From UHGV virus genome UHGV-0118721: a DNA stretch of 13,237 nucleotides. One strand, given 5' to 3'. The notes beneath the pieces are model-generated. The model worked only from the letters and a program-made list of their open reading frames with translations, searched no databases and was not told where the DNA came from. Positions 1 through 7,623 of this stretch are shown here, piece after piece (within the stretch, counting starts at the first letter, position 1; each line of letters begins with the position of its first letter). Origin of the DNA: a virus. A program made the translations under genes and the position numbers.

Positions 1-3
1 CTT

Positions 4-44
4 TGTGTACACTTTTGTGTACCCAAAAACAAAAATGTGTACCC
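4..44 (+). repeat. Three direct repeats of TGTGTAC(C)C immediately upstream of int (4-12, 16-24, 36-44)
   Basis: TGTGTACAC, TGTGTACCC and TGTGTACCC at 12- and 20-nt offsets, at the very edge of the window, upstream of the likely int start. Confidence 0.5.
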
Positions 45-49
45 ATTCA

Positions 50-1243
50 ATGATCACCGACACAAAGCTCAGGAAGGCGCTCGGCAAGAAAAGAGATGAT
101 ATCGAGATTATTTCTGATTCGCACGGGCTCAACGCCAGAATCAGCCAGGCCGGAAAAATATCATTTTTCTATCGGTATCGCTGGGCCGGTAAAGCGGTAA
201 AACTCAATGTTGGTGATTATCCTGCAATGAGTATCACCCAGGCAAGAGAGCGTCGCCAACAATTCAGAAACTGGTTAACTGAGGGACTGGATCCGCGAGA
301 GCAGGTGAAGCTGGATAAGCAGACCCGACAGGAAGCGATGTCCGTTGCCGAAGCGTTCAATTACTGGATTGAAAGGCACTGTATCGCTAACGGGCTAGTT
401 AAAGTCGATTACTATCGCCAGGTGTTTGAGAAACATATCGCCGAACCGATGAAGAATGTCAAAGTCGATAACACAGCGAAAATGCACTGGATCAACGTCT
501 TCGATTCTATAGAAAGCAGGGTGATGGCTCATTACATGCTTTCGCTGTGCAAACGGGCGTTTAGGTTCTGCGTTAACAGAAGTGTGATCGCCTCAAACCC
601 ACTCGAGGGATTACTGCCATCTGATGTCGGGCAAAAGCCTAAAAAGAGAACTCGCAGGATGGACGATGACGATCTGCGCAAAATCTATCAGTGGTTGAAA
701 AGCCATATGTCGATAGAGTCCGTTTTCCTGGTGAAATTTATTATGCTTACCGGATGCCGTACGGCTGAGATTCGACTTAGTGAGAGATCATGGTTTCGAT
801 TGGATGATAATGAGTGGGTCGTGCCTGCGGGCAGTTATAAAACTCGGGTACATATTAGAAGGGGACTCTCAGACGCCGCCGTTAACCTGGTCAGAAATCA
901 CCTCAAGAAAATAAACACCAATCACCTGGTGACTTCACAACGTAAAATTGATGGCGGGATCAAAGATTCGCCCGTTCATTCACCTGTGGCATCCAATTAC
1001 GCCCGTTCTATTTGGAATGGAACAGGTATGGCAGAGTGGTCGCTTCATGATATGAGGCGGACGATAGCCACAAATCTCTCTGAGTTAGGTTGCCCGCCGC
1101 ACGTAATTGAAAAGCTGCTCGGGCATCAGATGGTGGGGGTTATGGCGCATTACAACCTTCATGACTATATCGATGATCAGAAACACTGGCTCCGCGTTTG
1201 GCAGAGCCATCTTGAAGAGATCATCGGAGAGCCCTTCAGTTAA
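50..1243 (+). CDS. int: Phage integrase, tyrosine recombinase (P4-like N-terminus [13 protein letters not shown])
   Basis: ORF track 5..1243 begins at GTG; first plausible start is ATG at 50 ([10 protein letters not shown]...). The C-terminus carries the tyrosine-recombinase residue pattern: [11 protein letters not shown] (Arg), HDMRRT (H-x-x-R), [12 protein letters not shown] (Tyr). Neither the ATG at 35 nor the one at 50 has a clear SD, so the start is uncertain by about 15 nt. Confidence 0.85.
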
Positions 1244-1482
1244 TTTATCTTCTTTTTATCCTCCCACTCTTTGATTGACTCAGAGCGCCAGCGGTTAGGG
1301 TTGCCGGGCCAGTCAGGGGGTGGGAACGGGCATACGAAGCCCCGAGGCATTGTGTCTGCACTTTGCCATGACCAAAGGGTTTTGCGTGAAATTTTGTAGC
1401 GACTGGTCAGGTCTGACGTTACCAAAATATCATCCATAGCTCTCTCCAGTTGCCCGTTCGGGCCATTCAAAATCTTTTTCAA
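1240..1482 (-). CDS. xis: Excisionase-like small DNA-binding protein (AlpA/Xis-type HTH)
   Basis: 80 aa ORF convergent with int; stop codons overlap in the palindrome TTAA (1240-1243). Motif [23 protein letters not shown] resembles the winged-helix recognition region of phage excisionases. Start overlaps the upstream gene stop (ATGA). Homology not verified. Confidence 0.6.
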
Positions 1483-1721
1483 CCAATCTGCCCGGGCAGG
1501 GAGCGGAGACGGCGCATGCCGGTCATCGCTGTGGCCACGTAGCTCGCCTTTCGGTTCACCACCTCCACCCAGACTTTCACGCCTTCAACCTTCACCGTAT
1601 AAGTCTCTTTCATCTTGCTTCGCCCATAGTCGCCATATGTTTGCAAGTGAGCTGCCAGCGCGATGTCGCATGCTTGGCGAGCTAAAGGTGATTGCTTACT
1701 TCCTCGATTGATCAGTCGCAT
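1479..1721 (-). CDS. Hypothetical small protein (80 aa)
   Basis: ORF with a strong SD (AAGGAG, about 7 nt upstream of the ATG at 1721) and ATGA translational coupling to the downstream xis-like gene. No family recognised by eye. Confidence 0.5.
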   Translation of the reverse strand: MRLINRGSKQSPLARQACDIALAAHLQTYGDYGRSKMKETYTVKVEGVKVWVEVVNRKASYVATAMTGMRRLRSLPGQIG

Positions 1722-1733
1722 ATAATCTCCTTG

Positions 1734-1752
1734 AGGGAGGGTTACCCCTCCC
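1734..1752 (-). other. GC-rich stem-loop (GGGAGGGG-TTA-CCCCTCCC) in the 38-nt spacer between the recT-like stop and the next gene's SD
   Basis: Perfect 8-bp G/C stem with a 3-nt loop. No U-tract follows on either strand, so it is not a canonical intrinsic terminator. Confidence 0.4.
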
Positions 1753-1759
1753 GGTCTCG

Positions 1760-2878
1760 TCAGGCCACGTATTCCGGTTTCATATCCGCCAGGGTGATGC
1801 TGAATTGATCGTGCAGTTCATCGCCTAAGTGACGCTTTGAAGATGCAAGCATGCGCTCGGCTTCAGCGAACCGTTCGGCTGCATGCGGCTCGTCGGGCTG
1901 GGGCAGGGATTTAATAGCCTCCTCAACCTTGTTGCGTGCATCCACTAGGTAATAACGCTTTACGGCTTTGTTTTTCAGCTCGGTGAATAGTGCGGATCCC
2001 AGCGTAGCTTTCGCCGTTTCAATGTCGGCACGCAGCGATTTGGCGCTATCCACGTCCTGAGCAGATTCGATGCGTTCGCGGAAATCATCGGCAAGAGAGT
2101 CGACATTTACCGACGATTCCTGTGCGCTTTGCGTGGTTGTGACGGTGTCACCTGAGATATCAGCCAGGCTAACGCGTTGCGGCGTTGGGTTGATCTCTTT
2201 TTCTGTGCGCTGTTCAATCTCATCAGGGGTGTACACACCAAGAACAACTGCAGGGCAATATAGGCGCGCCCAGTATTTGAGTGCCAGATAAGCGATCTGC
2301 TGTTTCGGGTTTGATACCCAAAGTGGAGAATTACGTGTGATTACGCTGGAGAGGAAAACAGGCTCTCCCCAGGTGATATCACTTTCACCGCGAATAACGG
2401 CACCTACCCGTACCGACAGTCCTTGTTCATCAGCACTTTCCCAACCGCGTACCATTTCTTTCTTGTCGTACGTCCCGCCACCTTTCGCAGGCTTTTTAAC
2501 GGTTATCTCGCGGCTGCTGGCACATTTCGACCAGTCGCCCTCGTACTCATAGTGAAAGCGGCCAACGATGGCGTTTGAGCTGGAGATCACCGCATTAACC
2601 AGTTGCGCTTCGTATCCCAGGACACCGTTAACCAGGTGCGTCTTTTGCGCCACGGCGTAAGGGTTCATACCCCACTGCATCGCCTGCATGATGATGGCCA
2701 TGCAGTCTGCCGGATTGCCGCGGAGGTGCTCAGGCACCGTTACGGCTGCCTGTGCCATCAACCCGGCGACAGACTGAAGCTGGGTTAAAGCCTGCACGTT
2801 GAAAATGGCATTGCTGGCTGAGATCGTGTTTGGAGTCTGCTGTTCAGCGGTTACGATATTCGTGTTTTCCATCATCAT
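1760..2878 (-). CDS. recT: RecT/Redbeta-family ssDNA annealing protein (probable), with an acidic C-terminal extension
   Basis: 372 aa ORF immediately downstream of the RecE-like gene. Segments CMAIIMQAMQWGMNPYAVAQKTHLVNGVLGYEAQLV and WVSNPKQQIAYLALKYWARLYCPAVV resemble the conserved core and C-terminal helix pattern of RecT. Three tandem ATGs at 2878/2875/2872 follow SD GGGGA; true start is probably 2872 or 2875. Confidence 0.65.
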   Translation of the reverse strand: MMMENTNIVTAEQQTPNTISASNAIFNVQALTQLQSVAGLMAQAAVTVPEHLRGNPADCMAIIMQAMQWGMNPYAVAQKTHLVNGVLGYEAQLVNAVISSSNAIVGRFHYEYEGDWSKCASSREITVKKPAKGGGTYDKKEMVRGWESADEQGLSVRVGAVIRGESDITWGEPVFLSSVITRNSPLWVSNPKQQIAYLALKYWARLYCPAVVLGVYTPDEIEQRTEKEINPTPQRVSLADISGDTVTTTQSAQESSVNVDSLADDFRERIESAQDVDSAKSLRADIETAKATLGSALFTELKNKAVKRYYLVDARNKVEEAIKSLPQPDEPHAAERFAEAERMLASSKRHLGDELHDQFSITLADMKPEYVA

Positions 2879-2883
2879 TCCCC

Positions 2884-5800
2884 TTATGCCTGAGTACGCA
2901 GCGCTTCAAGGCGGCGCAGGTCGAAGTCGTTCAGTTCGTCGGTGTAGTCAGCAGTGATTGGCGCTGGCCATTCACCTGTGTCGAATCCGGTTGCGATATT
3001 GCGCATCGCTTTGCGGTACTCGAGCATACCCAGCTCCAGTAGTTCAGCGGATGCCTCGATGATGGCGATCCAGTGGTAGTTCTCGTCTTTGTTGACGAAA
3101 ATCCAGAAGAACTGATCCAGCGCTGCGGTTTCGCAGTACATAGCCGCGCTCAGGTGATAATCACGTTCAATAATTTCCCGGTGTAGCCTGGCGCGCAGGC
3201 TTTCCTGCTTAACATTCCACATGCTGATGGTTTTCAGGTCTGCACCTATACGCACGCCATCCAGGTCGATCTCAAGGTCAGGGCGCACACGAACTTCCAA
3301 GCCCGTCTCCTCGTCAAAACCAAAGTAGCTCACCTCAACGGCTCGGCTAGGGTGGGTCAGCAGCATGCCGGCGGTCGGGTGTGCCAGAAGCGCTTTTTGA
3401 ATATTCAGCGCGGTGCTCAGCTGCTGGCGGGTGACCAGCACTTTTCCTTCCGGGTTATCGCGCCAGGCATCCAGCAGTTCGTCGGCAAATACGGCATCTG
3501 GTTTGACTGCCTTCACGGCCTGGATCATGTCTGCTTTGGTACCGGACACTTTCAGTGGTGCCGGTTTCTGTGCTTCCTGAGCCACAAGGTCAGGGTTGAT
3601 GATTGCCAACTGCTCCAGCAGCGCGTCACGGCTGCCGCTGGTTTTAACCGGCGGCGGCAGGGTGGCGTTGTACTCTTTAATGCATGCCTTCATTGCCGTC
3701 GCCGTCTGCTTCTGGTCACCATCAATACGCTGGAAGTCAGCTGGCAGCGCCATATAGTTCTGTGCCGTTTCTTCCAGGTTAGCGCCAAGCGGAACCTGCG
3801 GCGGCAGGGTGGCGTTGTACTCTTCCAGTAACACCTTGATGTCGTCGGCAGACAGCAGCGCCGGCAGGCTGGCATTGTGCTCATCGATAAAGGCGCGCAG
3901 GGTCGCGGCCGTTGTGAATGCGCCTTCAGGGATCACCGGTTCAACGCTGAATTCTGCGTCCAGTAGTTCAGGCTGCAACGCCAGCGCATGCACCAAGTTG
4001 CCCATGTCCAGCACCGCTGAGCGCTCTTTGACGATGGTTTTCTCTACGTGGCGCGCATTGAAGTACATCAGCGAAACGCGCGCATCTTTCACCTGGGTTG
4101 AGCTGATGCCGTTGGCGGCGTGGTAAACCTCGTTTGGCAGCCCTTCATAGCGGCCTGGCTCGAAATAAGCGGGATAAACAACAGCTGGTTCGTCAGATTG
4201 CGCTTCTGGCTCGGTTTGTGCTGCAACTGGTTCGGTTTGGCTTACAGAATCGCTATTTTTGGCGACAGAATCCGTATTCTGGTCTACATCGTCCTTCTGG
4301 CTGGTATCTGACTCTTCACCAGACTCCAGACTGCTTTCGCCTGGCTGTACTTCATCACCAGCTTGTTTTTCATCACTGACAGTTTCTTGAACCTGCACAT
4401 TGCTGGTGGTCTCCGTAGCCTTTTTCGTGCCATGAGTTGCTGAGTTCTGCAGCAAAGCCGTAACGTCGAATATTCCGTTGCCGACATTTTTAACCAGTTC
4501 TTGTTCGACTTTCTGCGGTTGTGCTGCCGCTTCCTCTGCGCGGCGGCGTGCTCCTTCTTCACGCACGCGTTGCAGGTTCTCTTCGTGAGTGCAGAAGGAT
4601 TTGCGCGGAGACTCCTTACCTTCAGGTTGGGGAATTTCCTGTGCTGCGGGTTCAGCCTCATGCAACGGCAATAACTCGACCGCGGAATTGAACGCGGCTG
4701 TCATGGTCTGGTTAACAAATTCCAGGTGAGCGACAGGAGTTAAATGAATATTTTCCGGTGCGATACGTACCAGGTTAAAAATAGCCGTGCGGTTAACACC
4801 CAGAACGCCTGGCTGATTGCGCAGGATGTTGCTCCATGATTTCCATGGTTCTTCTTTTTTGGTCACGATTTCTTTAGCGCGACGAAGAATGCTGCCCGGG
4901 ATCTCGAAGTGGTTGAAGTCCATAGGCAGAAGGGCACACGCAATCTCTAAATCGAGAGTGTCCAGTGTGTGGTGTGCGTCAGGTCCACGGTCAGTGACGT
5001 AACCGCCGTCGGCATTAGTGCCGGAATCAGTACGCTGCACACTACTGATGCGATTACCGGCGGCCCATTCGCGAACGAGGATACCGCGGTCGATGTGATC
5101 TGTAGCGAACCACAATTTCAAAAACTGGATTAAGGTTGCGAGTTCAGGGATTTTTCCATCGACAGGGAAGACTTTCTTAACGGCATTCACGACTTTATGA
5201 ATATCGTGCTCAATGGCTTTTTTGAATGCTTCCACATTCTCAGCTGCCAGCAGCAGGTTCTGGACGTACGCGTCATCGGTGTCCATCTCAAGGCGGACAA
5301 TCTCATTTTTCTGCCCTGCGTCGATGTGATAGAGATATTCACCATCACCGATGAACTGAGCCAGTACGCGCTGGCGGAATGGCAGGGTGGCAACAACGAT
5401 CAGGTTCGGTTGCTGTGTCTGCTGGGATTGCTCTTCGGTATCGACTTCACCATCAACGACGCCACCTTCTGCCCGGCCGTTCTCGTCGGTCTGGATACCG
5501 TCCTCAACAGTGAGATCTTGACCCGTTGTAACGTCAGCAGCGTTGCTGGTTTCAGTTTTGAGCAACTGCAACTTACCACTGCGCCAGTCTTCTACCAGTT
5601 GATTGCGGTCACCGGCATCGGTGTTCACCCAGTCAGACATGAATGCAGCGATCAATCTTGGTTCGTGCTCTTCGTCTGGTGTGAAAATGTCCTTAACCGC
5701 CCGAATCATTTTCCACTCAGCATTCAGGCTGAGTTTGGCGGTCGCGGGCACATCGTTCCTTGCCACAAGCAGGCTATGGAGATATGTATTGCCTTCATCC

Positions 5801-6273
5801 AGTGACATTTCGCTGGCAGCCAACTGCTGCTCTTTAGTGACGTGGGTTTGGTATTTATCGTTCATCAGATGGACGGCAAAGCGGACCGCTGGAGTACGGT
5901 TTTCAACCGGGACAATTTCGGACGCAGTCGCATCTTCAACGATTACGGTCGGAGTAGGTGTGTAGGGGGCGTCAACGGAACCAGTAGACACACCAGCGGC
6001 TTTTGGCAGCCAGGTGCGCCCATCGTCCTGAAGCTCGTAGCGATCACACCAGGTAAAATCAACTTCACCTTCTTTCGGCAGGCCGTCGACAACTGGGAAA
6101 TCAGTGCGAATCGGTTTGGCGTAGTCCTTACCCCGACCTGTTTCGATACCTGCATCTTCCAGCGCAACATCCAGCATCAGATTGGCGCGAGCCTCGGTTT
6201 TAGCAGTGAACCAGACCACTGCATCTTGCTTTCCGGATTTCTGAGTGGCTTTAACCACATTAAAGAATTCCAT
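2884..6273 (-). CDS. recE: RecE-like exodeoxyribonuclease VIII (large, 1129 aa, C-terminal PD-(D/E)xK nuclease domain)
   Basis: Long ORF with SD GAGGA 7 nt upstream of the ATG at 6273. Near the C-terminus, RPDLEIDLDGVRIGADLKT has the D...D-x-K spacing of PD-(D/E)xK nucleases as in RecE. Gene order (large exonuclease then annealing protein, same strand) matches the Rac recE-recT operon. Contains an acidic Ser/Asp/Glu-rich linker and an internal 147-nt periodic repeat. Confidence 0.75.
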   Translation of the reverse strand: MEFFNVVKATQKSGKQDAVVWFTAKTEARANLMLDVALEDAGIETGRGKDYAKPIRTDFPVVDGLPKEGEVDFTWCDRYELQDDGRTWLPKAAGVSTGSVDAPYTPTPTVIVEDATASEIVPVENRTPAVRFAVHLMNDKYQTHVTKEQQLAASEMSLDEGNTYLHSLLVARNDVPATAKLSLNAEWKMIRAVKDIFTPDEEHEPRLIAAFMSDWVNTDAGDRNQLVEDWRSGKLQLLKTETSNAADVTTGQDLTVEDGIQTDENGRAEGGVVDGEVDTEEQSQQTQQPNLIVVATLPFRQRVLAQFIGDGEYLYHIDAGQKNEIVRLEMDTDDAYVQNLLLAAENVEAFKKAIEHDIHKVVNAVKKVFPVDGKIPELATLIQFLKLWFATDHIDRGILVREWAAGNRISSVQRTDSGTNADGGYVTDRGPDAHHTLDTLDLEIACALLPMDFNHFEIPGSILRRAKEIVTKKEEPWKSWSNILRNQPGVLGVNRTAIFNLVRIAPENIHLTPVAHLEFVNQTMTAAFNSAVELLPLHEAEPAAQEIPQPEGKESPRKSFCTHEENLQRVREEGARRRAEEAAAQPQKVEQELVKNVGNGIFDVTALLQNSATHGTKKATETTSNVQVQETVSDEKQAGDEVQPGESSLESGEESDTSQKDDVDQNTDSVAKNSDSVSQTEPVAAQTEPEAQSDEPAVVYPAYFEPGRYEGLPNEVYHAANGISSTQVKDARVSLMYFNARHVEKTIVKERSAVLDMGNLVHALALQPELLDAEFSVEPVIPEGAFTTAATLRAFIDEHNASLPALLSADDIKVLLEEYNATLPPQVPLGANLEETAQNYMALPADFQRIDGDQKQTATAMKACIKEYNATLPPPVKTSGSRDALLEQLAIINPDLVAQEAQKPAPLKVSGTKADMIQAVKAVKPDAVFADELLDAWRDNPEGKVLVTRQQLSTALNIQKALLAHPTAGMLLTHPSRAVEVSYFGFDEETGLEVRVRPDLEIDLDGVRIGADLKTISMWNVKQESLRARLHREIIERDYHLSAAMYCETAALDQFFWIFVNKDENYHWIAIIEASAELLELGMLEYRKAMRNIATGFDTGEWPAPITADYTDELNDFDLRRLEALRTQA
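3651..3824 (-). repeat. Intragenic direct repeat inside recE-like gene: 27-nt identical copies at 3651-3677 and 3798-3824 (147 nt = 49 codon period), degenerate third copy near 3860-3882
   Basis: gcggcggcagggtggcgttgtactctt occurs twice on the + strand; in the coding frame it gives the repeated peptide EYNATLPP (also IDEHNASLP). Confidence 0.8.
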
Positions 6274-6412
6274 GTGAGATCCTCATTTTTGGGTGTTAGA
6301 ATCCCCGGACCATTGATAGCGCCCATTGGGTTAACTTTGGTTTTAATGTTGTTTCCGGTGTAACTTTGGTCGGTACCACCGGACGTAGATCCCGCCTTGC
6401 GCGGGTTTTACG

Positions 6413-6574
6413 TTAGCCTTCGTGAGCCATCTGGTCGTGCGAAGCGCAACGTTTGGAGCAATACTCTTTTTCTTTGCGCGCCAGCTGTGAGCCGTTGCGA
6501 TAGAGAAGGGTGCTCTTGATTACTTCCTCCGTTTTAACCGGCTTGCCGCAATATCCGCATTTCTTGTCTAACAT
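6413..6574 (-). CDS. Small zinc-ribbon protein (53 aa; CxxC...CxxxC), possibly YdaE-like
   Basis: Not in the ORF track (below length cut-off). ATG at 6574 is preceded by SD GGAGG at 5 nt spacing. Translation MLDKKCGYCGKPVKTEEVIKSTLLYRNGSQLARKEKEYCSKRCASHDQMAHEG has four Cys in two pairs. Sits in the position of Rac ydaE between recE and a kil-like gene. Identity is inferred from synteny only. Confidence 0.45.
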   Translation of the reverse strand: MLDKKCGYCGKPVKTEEVIKSTLLYRNGSQLARKEKEYCSKRCASHDQMAHEG

Positions 6575-6585
6575 GACATCCTCCG

Positions 6586-6792
6586 CTAGTGGCTGAGTCC
6601 ATGCCCCAGACCGTTCAGATAAACTTCAACCAGCAAATCCCTGGTGTAAGTCATCTCAACGCCGCGATGCAGATACAAACGACCACGAGCATTAGCTGAT
6701 GCCGTCCAGGTTGAATCCTTGTGTTTGACGAGCATTCCAGGCTGAACTGCGCCGCGGTTTACCGTCTGTGTACCGTAGTGCTGATGAACCAT
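6586..6792 (-). CDS. Hypothetical small protein (68 aa from the internal start; the ORF is open to 6951)
   Basis: ORF track gives 6586..6951 (121 aa), but the ATG at 6951 has no SD, whereas the in-frame ATG at 6792 has GGAGA 5 nt upstream. Stop is 11 nt before the downstream small zinc-ribbon gene. Occupies the position of kilR in Rac; function unverified. Confidence 0.4.
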   Translation of the reverse strand: MVHQHYGTQTVNRGAVQPGMLVKHKDSTWTASANARGRLYLHRGVEMTYTRDLLVEVYLNGLGHGLSH

Positions 6793-6971
6793 GATGTTCT
6801 CCACTATTGCTGAGTGAACTTCGCTGGTGGTGCCGTGACGCTGATCTTCACAGTTGAGCGTTTTAACTCTGCAGTTCACCACCGCGAAACCCACTCTTAT
6901 GTGCCTGTCTTTTATCCACTTCAGGCTCGGTGGTATGCTGGTAGTTCTCACACAGCCAGCAAGGAATAACT

Positions 6972-7265
6972 ATGAAATCAGTAACTAAGCCATGTCCTAT
7001 TTGTGGTGAAGATTCTTTGTCTTTTAACCAGACAAATCAGTTGGTTAACATCAAAGTAAAACCACCAACTATTCGTGAAGTTCCATCAGTGGTTTACGTT
7101 TGCGATACTCACGGATGGTTTTCACTTTCAGAACAGATAAACAGACTCGTCACATCTAATGACGACCCTGCGGCTAAGCAAAAACTGGCTGTTATTGTCA
7201 AAGAGCGATATGTGCCGGAACAGGATCAGCCGTTAGCCCTGAAACCTATTGAGTCGCTCGCATAA
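6972..7265 (+). CDS. Small zinc-finger protein (97 aa; CPICG...C-x2-H, resembles a YgiT/MqsA-type N-terminal zinc ribbon)
   Basis: SD-like AAGGA upstream of the ATG at 6972. Ligand pattern C8, C11, C44, H47. Oriented opposite to the surrounding leftward genes, as sieB is in Rac, but it has no transmembrane segment so it is not SieB-like. Confidence 0.5.
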   Translation: MKSVTKPCPICGEDSLSFNQTNQLVNIKVKPPTIREVPSVVYVCDTHGWFSLSEQINRLVTSNDDPAAKQKLAVIVKERYVPEQDQPLALKPIESLA

Positions 7266-7515
7266 GGTCTTTTCGGCTCTCGCTGCGATATCCCAGGCGG
7301 TACATTTTCACGTAGGCTTTGCCGCGAGGAATGCCGCCTGTTTTGTTGAATCTCTGCTGGGCGCGGCGATGGTGTTTTGCTTCAGGGCTGTTTGAACCTT
7401 TCCCGCCATTCGATCGAGAACTTGGGAGTTGCATTGGCTTTTGGCGTGAATAGAATTTACGTGCCCAGCATGCTCCAAAGCCGATCATGCCTGTTTTCTT
7501 CGTATTACCTTTCAT
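7246..7515 (-). CDS. Hypothetical basic, low-complexity protein (89 aa); candidate N-like antiterminator by position only
   Basis: First leftward ORF downstream of the predicted pL-like promoter. Rich in Lys/Arg/Gly/Ser. SD GAGGGG upstream of the ATG at 7515. Its 3' end overlaps the convergent + gene by 20 nt, which lowers confidence. Confidence 0.3.
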   Translation of the reverse strand: MKGNTKKTGMIGFGACWARKFYSRQKPMQLPSSRSNGGKGSNSPEAKHHRRAQQRFNKTGGIPRGKAYVKMYRLGYRSESRKDLMRATQ

Positions 7516-7594
7516 CTCAATCCCCTCGTTTGCCCTTGTCGCCAGGCCAGCGGAACGTTTGAACTTGATGCGCTTAGTGTTTCTCGATGGGGTG

Positions 7595-7623
7595 ATGATA
7601 GCTAAGGCGATTTATTTTATCAA
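7595..7623 (-). promoter_or_regulatory. Candidate leftward early promoter (pL-like): -35 TTGATA (7618-7623), 17-nt spacer, -10 TATCAT (7595-7600), with overlapping operator-like half-sites
   Basis: Read on the minus strand: TTGATA-17-TATCAT. Sequences resembling the ATCGC-N4-GCGAT operator motif of the OR region occur at 7621-7636 (AATCGC ttaa ACGATA) and 7597-7612 (GATAGC taag GCGATT). Confidence 0.35.

Noticed and set aside
5-49. GTG start at 5 (and ATG at 35) for the integrase
   Set aside because: No SD for either, and the segment is occupied by the TGTGTACCC repeats. P4-type integrases typically begin near the LTDTK motif, favouring ATG 50, though the start remains uncertain.
2070-3042. 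Plus-strand ORFs within and across the recT-like gene (2070..2291, 2337..2552, 2603..2788, 2830..3042)
   Set aside because: Antisense to a well-supported coding frame. Pro/Ser/Arg-rich translations typical of shadow frames.
3352-6363. Plus-strand ORFs inside the recE-like gene (3352..3831, 3809..4126, 5197..5805, 5603..5965, 5842..6363 and others)
   Set aside because: Antisense shadows of a single continuous 1129 aa reading frame. The repeated RRQGGVVLF in 3352..3831 is just the reverse-frame image of the recE internal repeat.
6391-6410. Hairpin CCCGC-cttgc-GCGGG followed by TTTTA on the + strand as a rightward intrinsic terminator
   Set aside because: There is no + strand gene upstream that it could terminate, and the U-tract is short. 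Retained only as a possible minus-strand leader structure.
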